Of a DNA stretch of 64,000 bases, positions 8,164 to 18,343 are shown in pieces (the stretch's first letter is position 1; each line of letters begins with the position of its first letter). Under the pieces are notes generated by a model, which was given only the letters and a program-made list of their open reading frames with translations, had not been told where the DNA came from and searched no databases. The stretch spans positions 23,385-87,384 of the forward strand of contig JBAZKU010000001.1 in assembly GCA_041650615.1 (NCBI GenBank). Reading direction: 5' to 3'. This stretch comes from Minisyncoccota bacterium (lineage in GTDB: Bacteria > Patescibacteriota > Minisyncoccia > Phycocordibacterales > UBA9973). The position numbers were made by a program, and so were the translations under genes.

Positions 8164-10116
8164 TTATATGCTTAACACTACGGGGATAACCAAAGGCCTT
8201 TTGGCGGTTTTTTGATATAAGAATTTTGAAACTGTCTCACCTAAGTTGGCCTTAATATAATCCAGGTCTACAGGCATTCTCATTCTATCTTCCACTCCCT
8301 TTTTAATAATAATTCGTACTTGACGCAAGAGTTCTTGATTCTCTTTTAGATAGACGAATCCGCGTGATATCAAATCCGGAGATTTTTTTAACTTTCCGGT
8401 ATTTTGATCCACTAGCGCTATGATTACAAACATTCCATCTTGTGCAAGCATTTGTCGGTCTCTAATAACAACATCTTGTACATCGGAAATAGCAAGTCCG
8501 TCCACCATCATTAATCCGGACGGAGCTTTTTCTTTTCGCAAGGTTATTTTTTCTCCATCAGCGGAAATTTCAATGACCGAACCATTGTCCGGAACAACTA
8601 TATTTTTTTCAGACATACCGATTTCCATAGCAAGTTCTTTGTGAAGTTCCAAGTGATAATGATTGCCATGAATTGGAATAAAGAATTTCGGATGTGTTTT
8701 TTTATGAAGCCATCTTATGTCTTCTTTGTTGCCGTGACCGGTAGCATGAACAAAGTCTTCTCCTGCGGTACGGTAACTTATGATACGTACGCCCTGTCTT
8801 GATAAATTATCTTTTATTCGCTGAACTGCTCTTTCATTTCCGGGAACAATAGAAGCCGAAAGGATTATAGTGTCTCCTTTATTAAGCGAAAATTTGGTAT
8901 GTGATTTATTAGATGCCCGAGAAAGAGCTGCAAATTCTTCTCCTTGAGAACCGGTCATAAGTATCACAATTTTATTGGGTGGATAACTATTAACTTCTTC
9001 TATAGGGATAATGGTGCCTTTTTTGGGTTTGAAATATCCGGCTTCTATCGCTACTTCTATATTTGTTTTCATGGAACGTCCATCTATAGCGATTTTTTTA
9101 CCGAGAGATTCGGCAACCTTAACAACATGCACCAAGCGAGTTATGTGGGAAGCGAAAGCGGCAATAATTATACGTCCGTTTATTTTTTTTATTAAATTTT
9201 CAAGTCCCTGATGTACTTTTATTTCGGGCAGAGAAAATCCTTCATTTTCAATATTTGTGGAATCGGTCATTAGAAGAAGTATTTTTGCTTTATCAAAAAT
9301 GGAATATTCCTTTTCTTCCTCTGGGGTGACAACCCCGTCTATTTGGTCTAACTTATAGTCTCCCGGGGTAACAATCCAGCCATTTTTTGTTTCAACAATA
9401 ATACCCATTGAATCAGGAATAGTATGTGTGACGCCAAAAAATCGGACTTTTATCTTTCCACACACCACTGTTCCATCTTTTTCAACTATTTCCGTTTTCA
9501 TTGGTGGTAAATGTGGGAACTCTGCTTGGCGTTTTTTCATTAGAAGCACAGAAAGATTTCTGGAATATACTGTTGGGTTGCCGATACGCGAAAGAACAAT
9601 AGGCACCCCTCCAATATGGTCCAAATGTCCATGGGTTATAAAAAGCCCCCGTATCTTATCTTTATGTTCTTCAAGGTAAGTTGTGTTTGGAATAACATAA
9701 TCTACACCAGGCGTTTCTTCGTTAGAAAAATGCATACCCGCATCAATAACTATAATATCATTGCCAATTTCTATAGCGGTCATATTTTTTCCGATCTCTT
9801 CTACTCCACCAAGTGTAATAATACGAACTACTCCTTCAGAAAGGGGAGGGATTTTATTTTCATTTATATTTTCATATTTGCTTTTGTTGCCTAATGGACG
9901 ATTATGATTTCTCCCTTGCCCGTAATTTTTTTTAGAATATTGATAGGTGGAATTTTTTGTGGCCCTTTTTTTATTTTCCACAGATGTCGAATGTCCGGAA
10001 ACCGAACGTCCAACATCTGTTTTAGTAGGCTTTTTTTCTCCACTTACAACACTATGCAAAGCACTGCGAGTAGGTTCAATACTTATAGCACTGAAAGACA
10101 ATCTAGTTTTTTTCAT
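8164..10116 (-). CDS. rnj: ribonuclease J (metallo-beta-lactamase / beta-CASP RNase)
   Basis: ITHGHLDHIGG metallo-beta-lactamase motif, beta-CASP region and RNase J length; basic low-complexity N-terminal extension, so the true start may be internal. Confidence 0.75.
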   Translation of the reverse strand: MKKTRLSFSAISIEPTRSALHSVVSGEKKPTKTDVGRSVSGHSTSVENKKRATKNSTYQYSKKNYGQGRNHNRPLGNKSKYENINENKIPPLSEGVVRIITLGGVEEIGKNMTAIEIGNDIIVIDAGMHFSNEETPGVDYVIPNTTYLEEHKDKIRGLFITHGHLDHIGGVPIVLSRIGNPTVYSRNLSVLLMKKRQAEFPHLPPMKTEIVEKDGTVVCGKIKVRFFGVTHTIPDSMGIIVETKNGWIVTPGDYKLDQIDGVVTPEEEKEYSIFDKAKILLLMTDSTNIENEGFSLPEIKVHQGLENLIKKINGRIIIAAFASHITRLVHVVKVAESLGKKIAIDGRSMKTNIEVAIEAGYFKPKKGTIIPIEEVNSYPPNKIVILMTGSQGEEFAALSRASNKSHTKFSLNKGDTIILSASIVPGNERAVQRIKDNLSRQGVRIISYRTAGEDFVHATGHGNKEDIRWLHKKTHPKFFIPIHGNHYHLELHKELAMEIGMSEKNIVVPDNGSVIEISADGEKITLRKEKAPSGLMMVDGLAISDVQDVVIRDRQMLAQDGMFVIIALVDQNTGKLKKSPDLISRGFVYLKENQELLRQVRIIIKKGVEDRMRMPVDLDYIKANLGETVSKFLYQKTAKRPLVIPVVLSI

Positions 10117-10148
10117 TTTTTTTGTGTTTAATAATAAAAATAGTTTTT

Positions 10149-10187
10149 ACCCACACACTTATTTTTTTAAAAAATAAGTGTGTGGGT
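10149..10187 (-). terminator. perfect palindrome ACCCACACACTTATTTTTTT/AAAAAATAAGTGTGTGGGT, a terminator-like member of the CCCCCACACTTATTTT palindrome family
   Basis: 19-bp perfect inverted repeat immediately 3' of the solute-binding-protein gene. Confidence 0.5.
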
Positions 10188-11939
10188 TTATTTGGAAAAT
10201 ATTTTCCAAACATTATCTGTTTTAGTATACCATAAATATGAGTTTAGAAATCTATTTTCTGGTGCGACAATATAATTTATAGAAAAACCTTCCAAATTTT
10301 TTGGCACGACGTATATGAAATCAGGGCTATATAAAAAAACTACCGGCATGTCTTTTTTAATCTCACTTTCAAATTGAGCATACTTGGCAATTCTCGATTT
10401 TTCGTCAATCGTAATAAACGCACTTTCTAATATTTTATCCACTTTGGCATTAGTATACATTGCCACATTAAGACCTGGATCTTTTATTTGCGAGGAATGC
10501 CAAAAAGCAAATAGATCAGATTCATTATTTATAATCTCTCCAAAAAGCAAAGCATCATATTTGCGTGGACGAATAACACTTTGGTTTAAATTGCCAATCT
10601 CAAAAGTTTTAATATCAACTTTCATGCCAATTTCTTCCAGATCCTGTTTTATTAATTCTGCCGATTTTACAAGTTCAGGAGCATTTCCAGTCGAAATAGA
10701 AAATTCCAAATAGGTTATAGTCTTTTTCTTTTTTTTGTCGGTGATTGTTTTCTGTAAAAATCCGTCTGTTCCTTTCACCCAGCCATCTTTGCTCAAGATA
10801 TCTTGTGCTTTTTTAACTTTGTTTTCATGTGAAGTGTCATCTGCTTTTTCTAAATTTTGGTAATCAATCATGTTAGGAGGGATCGGGCTGTCAATCACAA
10901 TTCCATATCCGGAGAACACATTACGAATAATACTGCTTTTATTTATAGCAAGATCCATAGCTTTGATTATATTTTTATCAGTAAAAATTTGATTTTGACT
11001 TTGGTTAAAAAAGAGTCCGAACACTCGAGGAAGCGCCAAAGATTCTACTCGATAATTCCCCTCTTTTAATATTTGCGCATTTATAGGAGAGATAGAACTT
11101 ATTTTATCCACTTCTCCAATTCCTAGCGCTTTTATTAGATTTTCTTCACTTGAATAAAAGCGTAACGTCAATTTACTTAAATAGGGTTCGCCTAAAGCAA
11201 ATTCTGCAAAGGGTACTAAATCATAATAATCTATTGATCCGTCGGATTGTTTGCTTACTTTTTCGATCTTAAAAGGTCCTGATCCGATTGGTTGTGTGTT
11301 TACATTGTTTAACTCAATGGGTGTGGTATTCCACAAATATGCCGGCATTATGCCAAGTGTTGTGTTTTCTAAAAAAGACGCATAAGGCTGTTTTAATATA
11401 AACTTAACTGTTTTTTCATCTATTTTTTCCACACTTACGCTACTCCAATTTCCCCTTTTAGGACTTTTTATGACTGGATCCTTTATTTCATTTATAGTGA
11501 AGATTATATCATCAACAGTGATGGGGTTTTTATCATGAAAATATATATTGTCTTTTAAGGTAAAAGTATATATCAAACCATCTTTTGAAACATCGTATTT
11601 AAGAGCCAAGTCCGGGATAAGTGTGCCATCAGAATTTTTTCTCATTAGCCCGGAATAAATAAGCGATACTAAATCTTGGTCGGCATCAGAAAAGGCCAAT
11701 ACTGGATTTATAAAACGAGGAATACCGATAACTCCTTCCGTTATAGTCCCTCCTTTCATAGGCACGTTGACCATAAAAGATTTATTAATATCCTGAAGTA
11801 TTGTCAATGTGCTTATGCAAAGAATAGCTACAAAACATAAAAAAACAAAATACTCTCTTTTTGAGAAATTAGAGATAGCCTTCCTTATTTCGTTTTTTGA
11901 CGGCAATAAACTACGTATGCGACTGTAAAATTTTTCCAT
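10188..11939 (-). CDS. ABC transporter substrate-binding protein, family 5 (peptide/nickel type), membrane-anchored
   Basis: Size and the conserved YTFTLKDNIYFHD...ITVDD segment typical of SBP family 5; N-terminal TM anchor. Confidence 0.6.
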   Translation of the reverse strand: MEKFYSRIRSLLPSKNEIRKAISNFSKREYFVFLCFVAILCISTLTILQDINKSFMVNVPMKGGTITEGVIGIPRFINPVLAFSDADQDLVSLIYSGLMRKNSDGTLIPDLALKYDVSKDGLIYTFTLKDNIYFHDKNPITVDDIIFTINEIKDPVIKSPKRGNWSSVSVEKIDEKTVKFILKQPYASFLENTTLGIMPAYLWNTTPIELNNVNTQPIGSGPFKIEKVSKQSDGSIDYYDLVPFAEFALGEPYLSKLTLRFYSSEENLIKALGIGEVDKISSISPINAQILKEGNYRVESLALPRVFGLFFNQSQNQIFTDKNIIKAMDLAINKSSIIRNVFSGYGIVIDSPIPPNMIDYQNLEKADDTSHENKVKKAQDILSKDGWVKGTDGFLQKTITDKKKKKTITYLEFSISTGNAPELVKSAELIKQDLEEIGMKVDIKTFEIGNLNQSVIRPRKYDALLFGEIINNESDLFAFWHSSQIKDPGLNVAMYTNAKVDKILESAFITIDEKSRIAKYAQFESEIKKDMPVVFLYSPDFIYVVPKNLEGFSINYIVAPENRFLNSYLWYTKTDNVWKIFSK

Positions 11940-11972
11940 AAAACTAAAATTTAATGCAAAATGTAGATTTTA

Positions 11973-12215
11973 TTAGCTTCTTGCTTTTATAACAATAACA
12001 AGAATAGCAGATAAAGTAAAAAGAATTCCACAAGCAATGGATAAATAGAAAAGAAATCTTTCGAAACCTCGGCGGGTGTGGTGAAGAGTATCTCCATCGC
12101 TTCCCCCTAATGCGCCTCCTAGCCCTGCTCCTGATTGCTGGAGCAGTATCGCTGTTACTAAGACCACAGAAAGTATTATCTGCGCATAAGGCAGTATTGT
12201 AGCTACTAATTGCAT
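11973..12215 (-). CDS. secG: preprotein translocase subunit SecG
   Basis: About 80 aa, two TM helices and the Gly-rich LLQQSGAGLGGALGG segment characteristic of SecG. Confidence 0.6.
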   Translation of the reverse strand: MQLVATILPYAQIILSVVLVTAILLQQSGAGLGGALGGSDGDTLHHTRRGFERFLFYLSIACGILFTLSAILVIVIKARS

Positions 12216-12272
12216 ACAACTAGTATCTCATATTTTAACCCAAAATGCAATCCTTGAATTCTCAATTGCGTT

Positions 12273-13418
12273 GTGAATCATTTTTTCTATGATATTATAT
12301 TAAATATGTCACAACAAAAAATATCATCTTTAAGCAAAGAACTTCAAGCAAAAATATTTATGGGGGAAAGGGATTATAAATCTAACCCCAAAACACCTAT
12401 TACCAACTGGCTTGTTCACACTAAAAGACACTGCAACGGAGGCAAAACAGTAAATGCCGGACTTTGGCTGAAGAAACACACTGATAATGGAGGAAAAATA
12501 TTTTTAACTATGTCCGGGGCAGGCTCTTCTTTTCAACAGGGGATTATGATATCCGAGCTTATAAGAGCGGGGAAGATTGCCGCTATTTCTGTAACCGGAG
12601 CCAATTTGGAAGAAAGTCTTTATAGACTTGTTGCTAATAGCCATTATGCTTATATACCGGACTATGTTGAATTAACCAGAGCCGAAGAAAAAGAATTAGC
12701 TCGAGCCGGGCTTCGCAGAATCACGGATACATTCTTGCCGGAAGATGAATCAGTTAGAGTGGTTTTGCCGGAATTGGAAAAATTATGGCGTGAAGCGGAA
12801 GAAAAAAACAAACCTCTTTTGTGGCATGAATATTTCTTTCAACTTTTTGAAAGAAAAGCCATAGCTTTTGATCCGACAGCCAATCCGGAGGAGTGTTGGT
12901 TGTATCAAGCATGGTTGCATAAAGTTCCGGTTTTTGTTCCTGGGGTGGAAGATTCAACTATGGGAAATATTTTTACTCAAGCATCTTATAACGGCAATCA
13001 TCCAATATTGTCAAAATATAAATTAGAGAAACCCATAAGTCCGGAAATAATTCATCATTCATTTCGTTATATGCATGCTTTAGCCGAATGGTATATGGAT
13101 AACACTAAAGAAAAAGGATTAGCCTTTTTGCAATTGGGAGGAGGCATAGCCGCCGATTTTCCTATTTGTGTAGTTCCTCATATTAAAAAAGATTTTCTTT
13201 GGAAAGAAAGTGAAGAGATACAAGAAAAAGTAGTGCGTTCTTGGGCAGGATTTATTGAAATTCATTCTTCACCGATGAGTTTCGGTTCATACTCTGGAGC
13301 CGGTTTTAAAGAAAAAATAACTTGGGAAAAATTTGAAATTGATGCTTTTGGAGAGCAAATATTTGGTGATTACACAGAACATTTTCCAGACATCGCGGCT
13401 ATCATCTTGGGTAAATAA
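12273..13418 (+). CDS. deoxyhypusine synthase-like (DHS family) protein
   Basis: LTMSGAGSS, LGGGIAADFPI and overall about 380 aa resemble the DHS/homospermidine-synthase NAD-binding fold. Confidence 0.4.
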   Translation: MNHFFYDIILNMSQQKISSLSKELQAKIFMGERDYKSNPKTPITNWLVHTKRHCNGGKTVNAGLWLKKHTDNGGKIFLTMSGAGSSFQQGIMISELIRAGKIAAISVTGANLEESLYRLVANSHYAYIPDYVELTRAEEKELARAGLRRITDTFLPEDESVRVVLPELEKLWREAEEKNKPLLWHEYFFQLFERKAIAFDPTANPEECWLYQAWLHKVPVFVPGVEDSTMGNIFTQASYNGNHPILSKYKLEKPISPEIIHHSFRYMHALAEWYMDNTKEKGLAFLQLGGGIAADFPICVVPHIKKDFLWKESEEIQEKVVRSWAGFIEIHSSPMSFGSYSGAGFKEKITWEKFEIDAFGEQIFGDYTEHFPDIAAIILGK

Positions 13419-13451
13419 AACTGTTGCGTTAAAAAGAGTTTCTTGAATTAT

Positions 13452-13582
13452 ATGTATCCCGTTAGAGATTAATTAGTTTAATGGGAAAATTTAAATTAAA
13501 ATATTAAAAAAGTTTATTTAGTCAATAAATTATAAAAATAAGTACGAGAATCTAAAGATTCTCTATCTCTAACGGGATGTAT
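13452..13582 (+). repeat. start-codon-abutting bipartite inverted repeat, copy 3 (ATGTAT-CCCGTTAGAGAT ..95 nt.. ATCTCTAACGGG-ATGTAT)
   Basis: Distal arm ends at the ATG of the DUF167 gene; direct ATGTAT duplication. Confidence 0.8.
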
Positions 13583-13798
13583 ATAAGAGTCACAGTTACG
13601 ACAAAGGCAAAAAAAGAATCTTTTAAACAAAAATCAAAAGATTGTTTTGAAATCTCCGTCAAAGAAAAAGCCGAGCGGAATATGGCTAATACCCGTGTCT
13701 TAGAACTTGTGGCTATGTATTTAAAAGTTTCAAAAAATAAGGTCCGAATTGTAAATGGCCATCGGCATCCGAGCAAGCTCTTGGTGATAGATTTATAA
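13577..13798 (+). CDS. DUF167 (YggU/UPF0235) family small protein
   Basis: About 73 aa with V.V.AKP.AK...V..G.AN..L...LA..L.V....V.IV.G..S..K pattern; start codon abuts the ATCTCTAACGGG repeat arm. Confidence 0.5.
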   Translation: MYIRVTVTTKAKKESFKQKSKDCFEISVKEKAERNMANTRVLELVAMYLKVSKNKVRIVNGHRHPSKLLVIDL

Positions 13799-13807
13799 AA
13801 AGATTTT

Positions 13808-14476
13808 TTAGGCGAGATCGTTCCAGACAATAACTTTCCATTCATTTTTTTTAAACCAATGATGAGTGTAGGAGCAAATGGCCATACTGGCATTGTCTAT
13901 CGGATTAAAATAACTCAAATTATTATATTGCGAAGCAGTAAGGCTGTCTCCATAAAGCATGTAAGACACCACCATTTTTAGAAAAATTTTATGAGTGACC
14001 ATAATAATTCTTTTTTGCCTTCTTCTGCTAATATAAACTAATAATTTTTTTGCTCTTGCTTTTAGGTCGGAAAAATTTTCTTCATCAGAAACCCGTAAAT
14101 CGTCGGCATGATAACTATTATCAATGCGGTCAATGATTGCTCGAACTTCTCTTTCTTCTCCCGAATGGCCGATTATTTCAGAAGGATTTTTTCTTTCCAT
14201 CAAAAGATCGGAGTATTTAATTTTTAGATTAAGTTCCTTCGCAATTATTTCGGCCGTTTCTTTTGTGCGCTGATAAGGGCTTGAGATGATAATTTGAGGA
14301 CGCCCTTTATGTTTCGGGAATCTCATAGCTGTAGCTAAAGCCTGTGCTCTGCCTTTTTCAGTCAAAGACCCGTCTGGCCCTTGTCTTATGTTTTTAGCAT
14401 TAAGCACAGTTTCTCCGTGTCTTACGAAATATATTAACTTTGTTCCCATATGCATAATATTACCATAAATACTCAT
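13808..14476 (-). CDS. histidine phosphatase (phosphoglycerate-mutase-like) family protein
   Basis: LIYFVRHGET catalytic RHG motif near the N-terminus; the true start is probably an internal Met (MGTKL). Confidence 0.6.
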   Translation of the reverse strand: MSIYGNIMHMGTKLIYFVRHGETVLNAKNIRQGPDGSLTEKGRAQALATAMRFPKHKGRPQIIISSPYQRTKETAEIIAKELNLKIKYSDLLMERKNPSEIIGHSGEEREVRAIIDRIDNSYHADDLRVSDEENFSDLKARAKKLLVYISRRRQKRIIMVTHKIFLKMVVSYMLYGDSLTASQYNNLSYFNPIDNASMAICSYTHHWFKKNEWKVIVWNDLA

Positions 14477-14497
14477 AAATAAGGCTATTTTTTATGC

Positions 14498-14526
14498 TTG
14501 ACACTAAGTTTTGCTTAATATATACT
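14498..14526 (+). promoter_or_regulatory. putative rRNA promoter (TTGACA-N17-TATACT)
   Basis: Consensus-like -35 and -10 hexamers about 230 nt upstream of the 16S 5' end. Confidence 0.45.
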
Positions 14527-14758
14527 TCTCCCTGAGCGTCTAGTCCGTTTTGGATAGGACGTTTTTGTTTCAATCTTTGAAAAATGAATAGAAGTACAAG
14601 CCCCGCCACTGCGGGGCAGTGCAAGTTTGATATGTTTTTTTGAGTAATAATAATCAAAGAGCTAGGACACATGACAAAATGCAAAAACATTGCTGTTTTT
14701 TGTTTTGTTTCGTTCTAAACCCGTACACCTATTTATATAGGTGTAGGGTAAAACTTTT

Positions 14759-16295
<1,537 letters not shown>

Positions 16296-16550
16296 AATTC
16301 AATTTGAAAAATGTTCCAATTTTGATTTATCAAAATTGAGAATCCCGCCCTCGGCGGGATCTGACCTCGGAGAGGTTGAGCTTATTGAGTCGGTATTGTG
16401 TAGCTCAATTGACTACACAATAGTTTGTTTGAACTTAAAACAATCTGACAAGCGTGGAAAGACAGGCAAAACCTGCCTCGCATTGCTAGCAATAGCGACG
16501 CAAGGCGGGTAAAAAAGTTTAAAAGAACGAAACAAAACATAGAACAGCAA

Positions 16551-16580
16551 AAAAATACCTCGCGCAAGCGGGGTATTTTT
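16551..16580 (+). terminator. rho-independent terminator-like hairpin (AAAAATACC..GGGTATTTTT)
   Basis: Inverted repeat with flanking A and T runs between the 16S gene and ddl. Confidence 0.4.
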
Positions 16581-16594
16581 GTTATACTTTTTGC

Positions 16595-17650
16595 ATGTCG
16601 GAGAATAATACTAAAATCAAACTAGGAATACTTCGAGGCGGAGCAGGAAAACACTATGAATCTTCTTTGCGAAAAGGCGGAGATCTTATTTCGCATATTT
16701 TCAAAAATTTGTCTGATAAGTATAAAACAGTTGATATTTTGATTGACAAAAAAGGCGAATGGCATATTAATGGCGTACCCATAAATCCTGCGGATTTGGT
16801 ACGTAAAGTTGATATCGTTTGGAATACTACACATCCGAATGTTTCTTCTATCCTGCAAAATTTTTCTATTCCTCATATTAGCAATAGTATTTTTTCGTCC
16901 ACATTGGAAAATAGCCGAGAAATGTTAGAAGAACATATAAAAAGCATCGGAGTTCAGATGCCCAGATCCATAATCCTGCCTTTATATCAAAAAGATTTTG
17001 ATGGGACTAGAGAAAGATACGCTATTAAAAAAGCAAAAGAAATTTTTGAAAAATTTGGCTCGCCCTGGATTGTGAAATCTTTTACAAATAATTCCGATAT
17101 GGGTCCCATTAGAGGCCGCGAGGGCTCGCAGCGACCCTCTGCCTCTAACGGGATGGGCATACATCTGGCAAAAACTTTTGGAGAATTAGCGGGAGCGATA
17201 GAAGATGGAGTAATTCATGAAAAAAGTATTTTGATTGAAGAATTTATTTCAGGCAAAGTTGCTTCGGTGCATTCTGTCGTTGGTTTTCGCGGAGACCTGC
17301 CTGCGCAGGCAGGACAAATTTATACTTTTCCTCTGGGCAAACCTTTTGGCAACCCGCCTAGACTCCCGCCTAGACTTGGCGAGGCTGGCGGCGAGGCTGG
17401 TTTTTCTTCCAGTGAAAAAGAAAAATTGATTTCTCTGGCAAAAGATTTGCATAATCATATTGGAGCAAAACATTATTTAAAATCTGATTTTGTTTTAAAT
17501 TCCCGAGGCAAAATTTTTCTTTTAAATATAGAGTCTATTCCTGACTTAAAATCGGACTCGCATTTTTCCCAAGTCTGTGAATCTGTTGGCGCTAAGGCAC
17601 ATCACGTAGTTGAACATATTTTAGAAAGAGCGTTAAATAAGAGTATATAA
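16595..17650 (+). CDS. ddl: D-alanine--D-alanine ligase-like ATP-grasp enzyme with in-frame GC-rich insertions
   Basis: N-terminal IKLGILRGGAGKHYESSLRKG Ddl-like start and ATP-grasp length; about 45 extra residues include PPRLPPRLGEAGGEAG encoded by two tandem 24-nt repeat units. Confidence 0.6.
   Translation: MSENNTKIKLGILRGGAGKHYESSLRKGGDLISHIFKNLSDKYKTVDILIDKKGEWHINGVPINPADLVRKVDIVWNTTHPNVSSILQNFSIPHISNSIFSSTLENSREMLEEHIKSIGVQMPRSIILPLYQKDFDGTRERYAIKKAKEIFEKFGSPWIVKSFTNNSDMGPIRGREGSQRPSASNGMGIHLAKTFGELAGAIEDGVIHEKSILIEEFISGKVASVHSVVGFRGDLPAQAGQIYTFPLGKPFGNPPRLPPRLGEAGGEAGFSSSEKEKLISLAKDLHNHIGAKHYLKSDFVLNSRGKIFLLNIESIPDLKSDSHFSQVCESVGAKAHHVVEHILERALNKSI
17143..17155 (+). repeat. solo distal-arm-like motif CTCTAACGGGATG embedded in-frame inside ddl
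   Basis: 13-nt identity to the family's distal arm, next to a GC-rich hairpin GAGGGCTCGCAGCGACCCTC. Confidence 0.5.
17353..17400 (+). repeat. 2 tandem copies of the 24-nt GC-rich in-frame element (CCCGCCTAGACT)2(YGGCGAGGCTGG)2 inside ddl
   Basis: Same unit as in secA (20386-20409) and typA (50056-50079). Confidence 0.8.
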
Positions 17651-17652
17651 AA

Positions 17653-17723
17653 CGGGCCGTAGTATACCGGTAGTACACGCCCTTCGGGAGGGCGTAGACT
17701 GGGTTCGATTCCCAGCGGCCCGA
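17653..17723 (+). tRNA. tRNA-Pro (anticodon CGG)
   Basis: Acceptor stem CGGGCCG/CGGCCCG, anticodon stem CGCCC/GGGCG with loop TTCGGGA, T-arm CTGGG-TTCGATT-CCCAG; CCA is not encoded. Confidence 0.75.
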
Positions 17724-17892
17724 CATTTTGCTTTAATTCTCCCTTGTTGGTACAATTTACTTATAAAATTGTTTTTATCTGTAGCGGGTGATCGCACTCA
17801 CATAGGCACATATGTTGGAGTTTCGCCATCACCCGCTTCAAATGGAAACAATTTTTTTATTCTAAAACCATTTTTGATTTTCAAAAAGTTAT

Positions 17893-18027
17893 CCCCCACA
17901 CCTACTTTTGTATTATTCTGATTTTTCAATAAAATTACCAAAGTACTTTACATTTTCTCGTAAAAACTCTTTTTTAGGATTATTCTGTTAATAGAATTAA
18001 AAATTGATACAAAAGTAAGTGTGGGGG
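17893..18027. repeat. split member of the CCCCCACACTTATTTT palindrome family: arms 17893-17909 and 18011-18027 separated by a 101-nt AT-rich insert
   Basis: CCCCCACACCTACTTTT ... AAAAGTAAGTGTGGGGG; lies in the 600-bp noncoding region between tRNA-Pro and secA. Confidence 0.6.
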
Positions 18028-18191
18028 TTATCCACAGTTTTGCATAAAAACTTATTGTATTATCTTTTAATATGCGGGATAATTAAAGTGTTCCCGCAAT
18101 AATTATTTAAAAATATTTTTATTGTGTTTAAAAAAGATATTTTGAGGTCGTATTATTGCAAACTAAATTAAAAAATTAATTTAAAACTAAA

Positions 18192-18266
18192 ATGGCAAAG
18201 AAAAAGAAAAAGGCAGCAAAAAAGGGAAAGAAAAAGGCAGCAAAAAAGGGAAAGAAGCGAGCATAG
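18192..18266 (+). CDS. lysine-rich 24-aa small ORF (MAKKKKKAAKKGKKKAAKKGKKRA), speculative
   Basis: ATG..TAG ORF built from two tandem 27-nt repeats, followed by a hairpin and T-run terminator; no SD. Confidence 0.2.
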   Translation: MAKKKKKAAKKGKKKAAKKGKKRA

Positions 18267-18287
18267 TCTTTTCCTACTTCTAAAAGG

Positions 18288-18319
18288 TCTCCTCCGATTC
18301 AAGTCAGAGGGGATTTTTT
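18288..18319 (+). terminator. rho-independent terminator (TCTCCTC..GAGGGGA + TTTTTT)
   Basis: Stem-loop plus T-run downstream of the Lys-rich sORF. Confidence 0.45.
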
Positions 18320-18343
18320 AGTTTTTATGCTAATATACTAATT

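Noticed and set aside
11944-12219. Alternative-frame 91-aa ORF overlapping secG
   Set aside because: The overlapping 11973-12215 frame gives a SecG-like two-TM, Gly-rich protein; the alternative frame is Arg/Cys-rich nonsense.
13552-13893. 113-aa minus-strand ORF overlapping the DUF167 gene
   Set aside because: It lies entirely antisense to the 13577-13798 ORF, which has a recognisable family pattern and a repeat-anchored start; the antisense ORF has low-complexity translation.
17724-18343. tmRNA, SRP RNA or RNase P RNA in the long noncoding stretch after tRNA-Pro
   Set aside because: I looked for the tRNA-like 3' end with CCA (tmRNA) and for the SRP domain IV AGGUCCGGAAGGAAGCAGC-like motif, and found neither by eye; this needs a covariance-model scan.
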